Origin: an uncultured Lachnospiraceae bacterium
Lineage (GTDB): Bacteria; Bacillota; Clostridia; Lachnospirales; Lachnospiraceae
Direction: 5' to 3'
DNA length: 64,000 nt
NCBI GenBank assembly: GCA_910588215.1
Contig: CAJUQJ010000012.1
Coordinates: 14 to 64,013 of the forward strand
Shown here: piece by piece, positions 63,367-64,000 of the stretch
Numbering within the stretch: position 1 is the first letter of the stretch
How the letters are laid out: each line of letters begins with the position of its first letter
Notes under the pieces: model-generated
Databases searched by the model: none
What the model saw: the letters and a program-made list of their open reading frames with translations, nothing else
Told to the model about the DNA's origin: nothing
Program-made: the position numbers and the translations under genes

Positions 63367-63885
63367 TTATTGTTTGGCGTCAAAAGTCATATGACTCGTC
63401 CCGATCATATCGCCGGTATTGTAGGCGCCCCTGTTGTAATTCGCAGATTCCGGAGCTTTATTCATCGCCTGGAGGACATTCATATCAAACTGGATCAACT
63501 CCAGTGCATCCTTGATCAATTCGCGATTCTGTTCATTCACTCTCTTCACGCTGCGCACACTCTCCCGCAGCTTATCGAACACAATCGCAAGCTTCTCCTG
63601 TTCCTCCGGCCTTGCCGCCAACATCCTGATCAAATCTACAATTTTAAGTTTGTCAACATCCTTGTTAAGTACATCCGCAATATCATTAACGGCTTCGTTC
63701 CTCTGGTGATCCAGACGATTTATCCTGCCTACGATGATCTGCTCCTCATCCGTGATTCTGGTCAACTCTGTAAGATCCTCAGACACAATGACGGAAGTTT
63801 TCCTCATGGACAAGCTTAACAGCTTCTCGTACTCCTGATTTTCCTGCTCCAAAACATCAATCAAGACTTCCATTAAACTTGCCAC
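63367..63885 (-). CDS. flgN: Flagellar export chaperone FlgN
   Basis: Helical protein between flgM and flgK; NEQNRELI, FDAKQ. Confidence 0.88.
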   Translation of the reverse strand: MASLMEVLIDVLEQENQEYEKLLSLSMRKTSVIVSEDLTELTRITDEEQIIVGRINRLDHQRNEAVNDIADVLNKDVDKLKIVDLIRMLAARPEEQEKLAIVFDKLRESVRSVKRVNEQNRELIKDALELIQFDMNVLQAMNKAPESANYNRGAYNTGDMIGTSHMTFDAKQ

Positions 63886-63909
63886 GATATGTTCTCTCCT
63901 TCACTGTGT

Positions 63910-64000
63910 CTACAGACCTTCGATCTCTTCATATTTCTGCATTAACTTCTCCGCGAAGCTCTCTGCACTCACCTGGTAGTTTCCGTTCGCGACGGCTGCC
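63910..64000 (-). CDS. flgM: Anti-sigma-28 factor FlgM, C-terminal part (truncated by the window edge)
   Basis: Hand translation ...AAVANGNYQVSAESFAEKLMQKYEEIEGL*. Confidence 0.85.
   Translation of the reverse strand, partial: AAVANGNYQVSAESFAEKLMQKYEEIEGL

Overview
Chromosomal window of a motile Firmicute, most likely Lachnospiraceae (inferred from protein style, tandem flgK genes and csrA-fliW; not verified). It has three parts. (1) 1-3100: an AT-rich integrative region at the 3' end of tuf. It holds a tyrosine integrase whose sequence departs from the family consensus right after the first catalytic Arg, an excisionase-like gene and an XRE regulator. It also holds a two-gene cassette (small basic protein, terminator, then a RxxxxH/HEPN-like protein with a C-terminal membrane anchor) bracketed by a 24-bp direct repeat. 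(2) 3108-21960: the core rpmG-secE-nusG-rplKA-rplJL-rpoBC-rpsLG-fusA-tuf cluster, with two extra genes between rplA and rplJ. (3) 22382-64000: a late flagellar locus (flgM, flgN, two flgK, flgL, fliW, csrA, flaG, fliD, fliS, a FliD-like gene). Four sigma-28-driven flagellin genes are interleaved with a large glycosylation island of about 14 glycosyltransferase genes: seven CgeB/DUF3880-type, three GT2-TPR, a DUF4422 fusion and a GT-methyltransferase fusion, plus glf. The strongest leads are the flagellin/glycosyltransferase array with mosaic variable regions, a covarying RNA hairpin in all four flagellin leaders, the candidate toxin-antitoxin/defence cassette at tuf, and a ~205-bp structured repeat with compensatory changes. 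No rRNA, tRNA or CRISPR array was seen. All family assignments are by eye; no searches were run.
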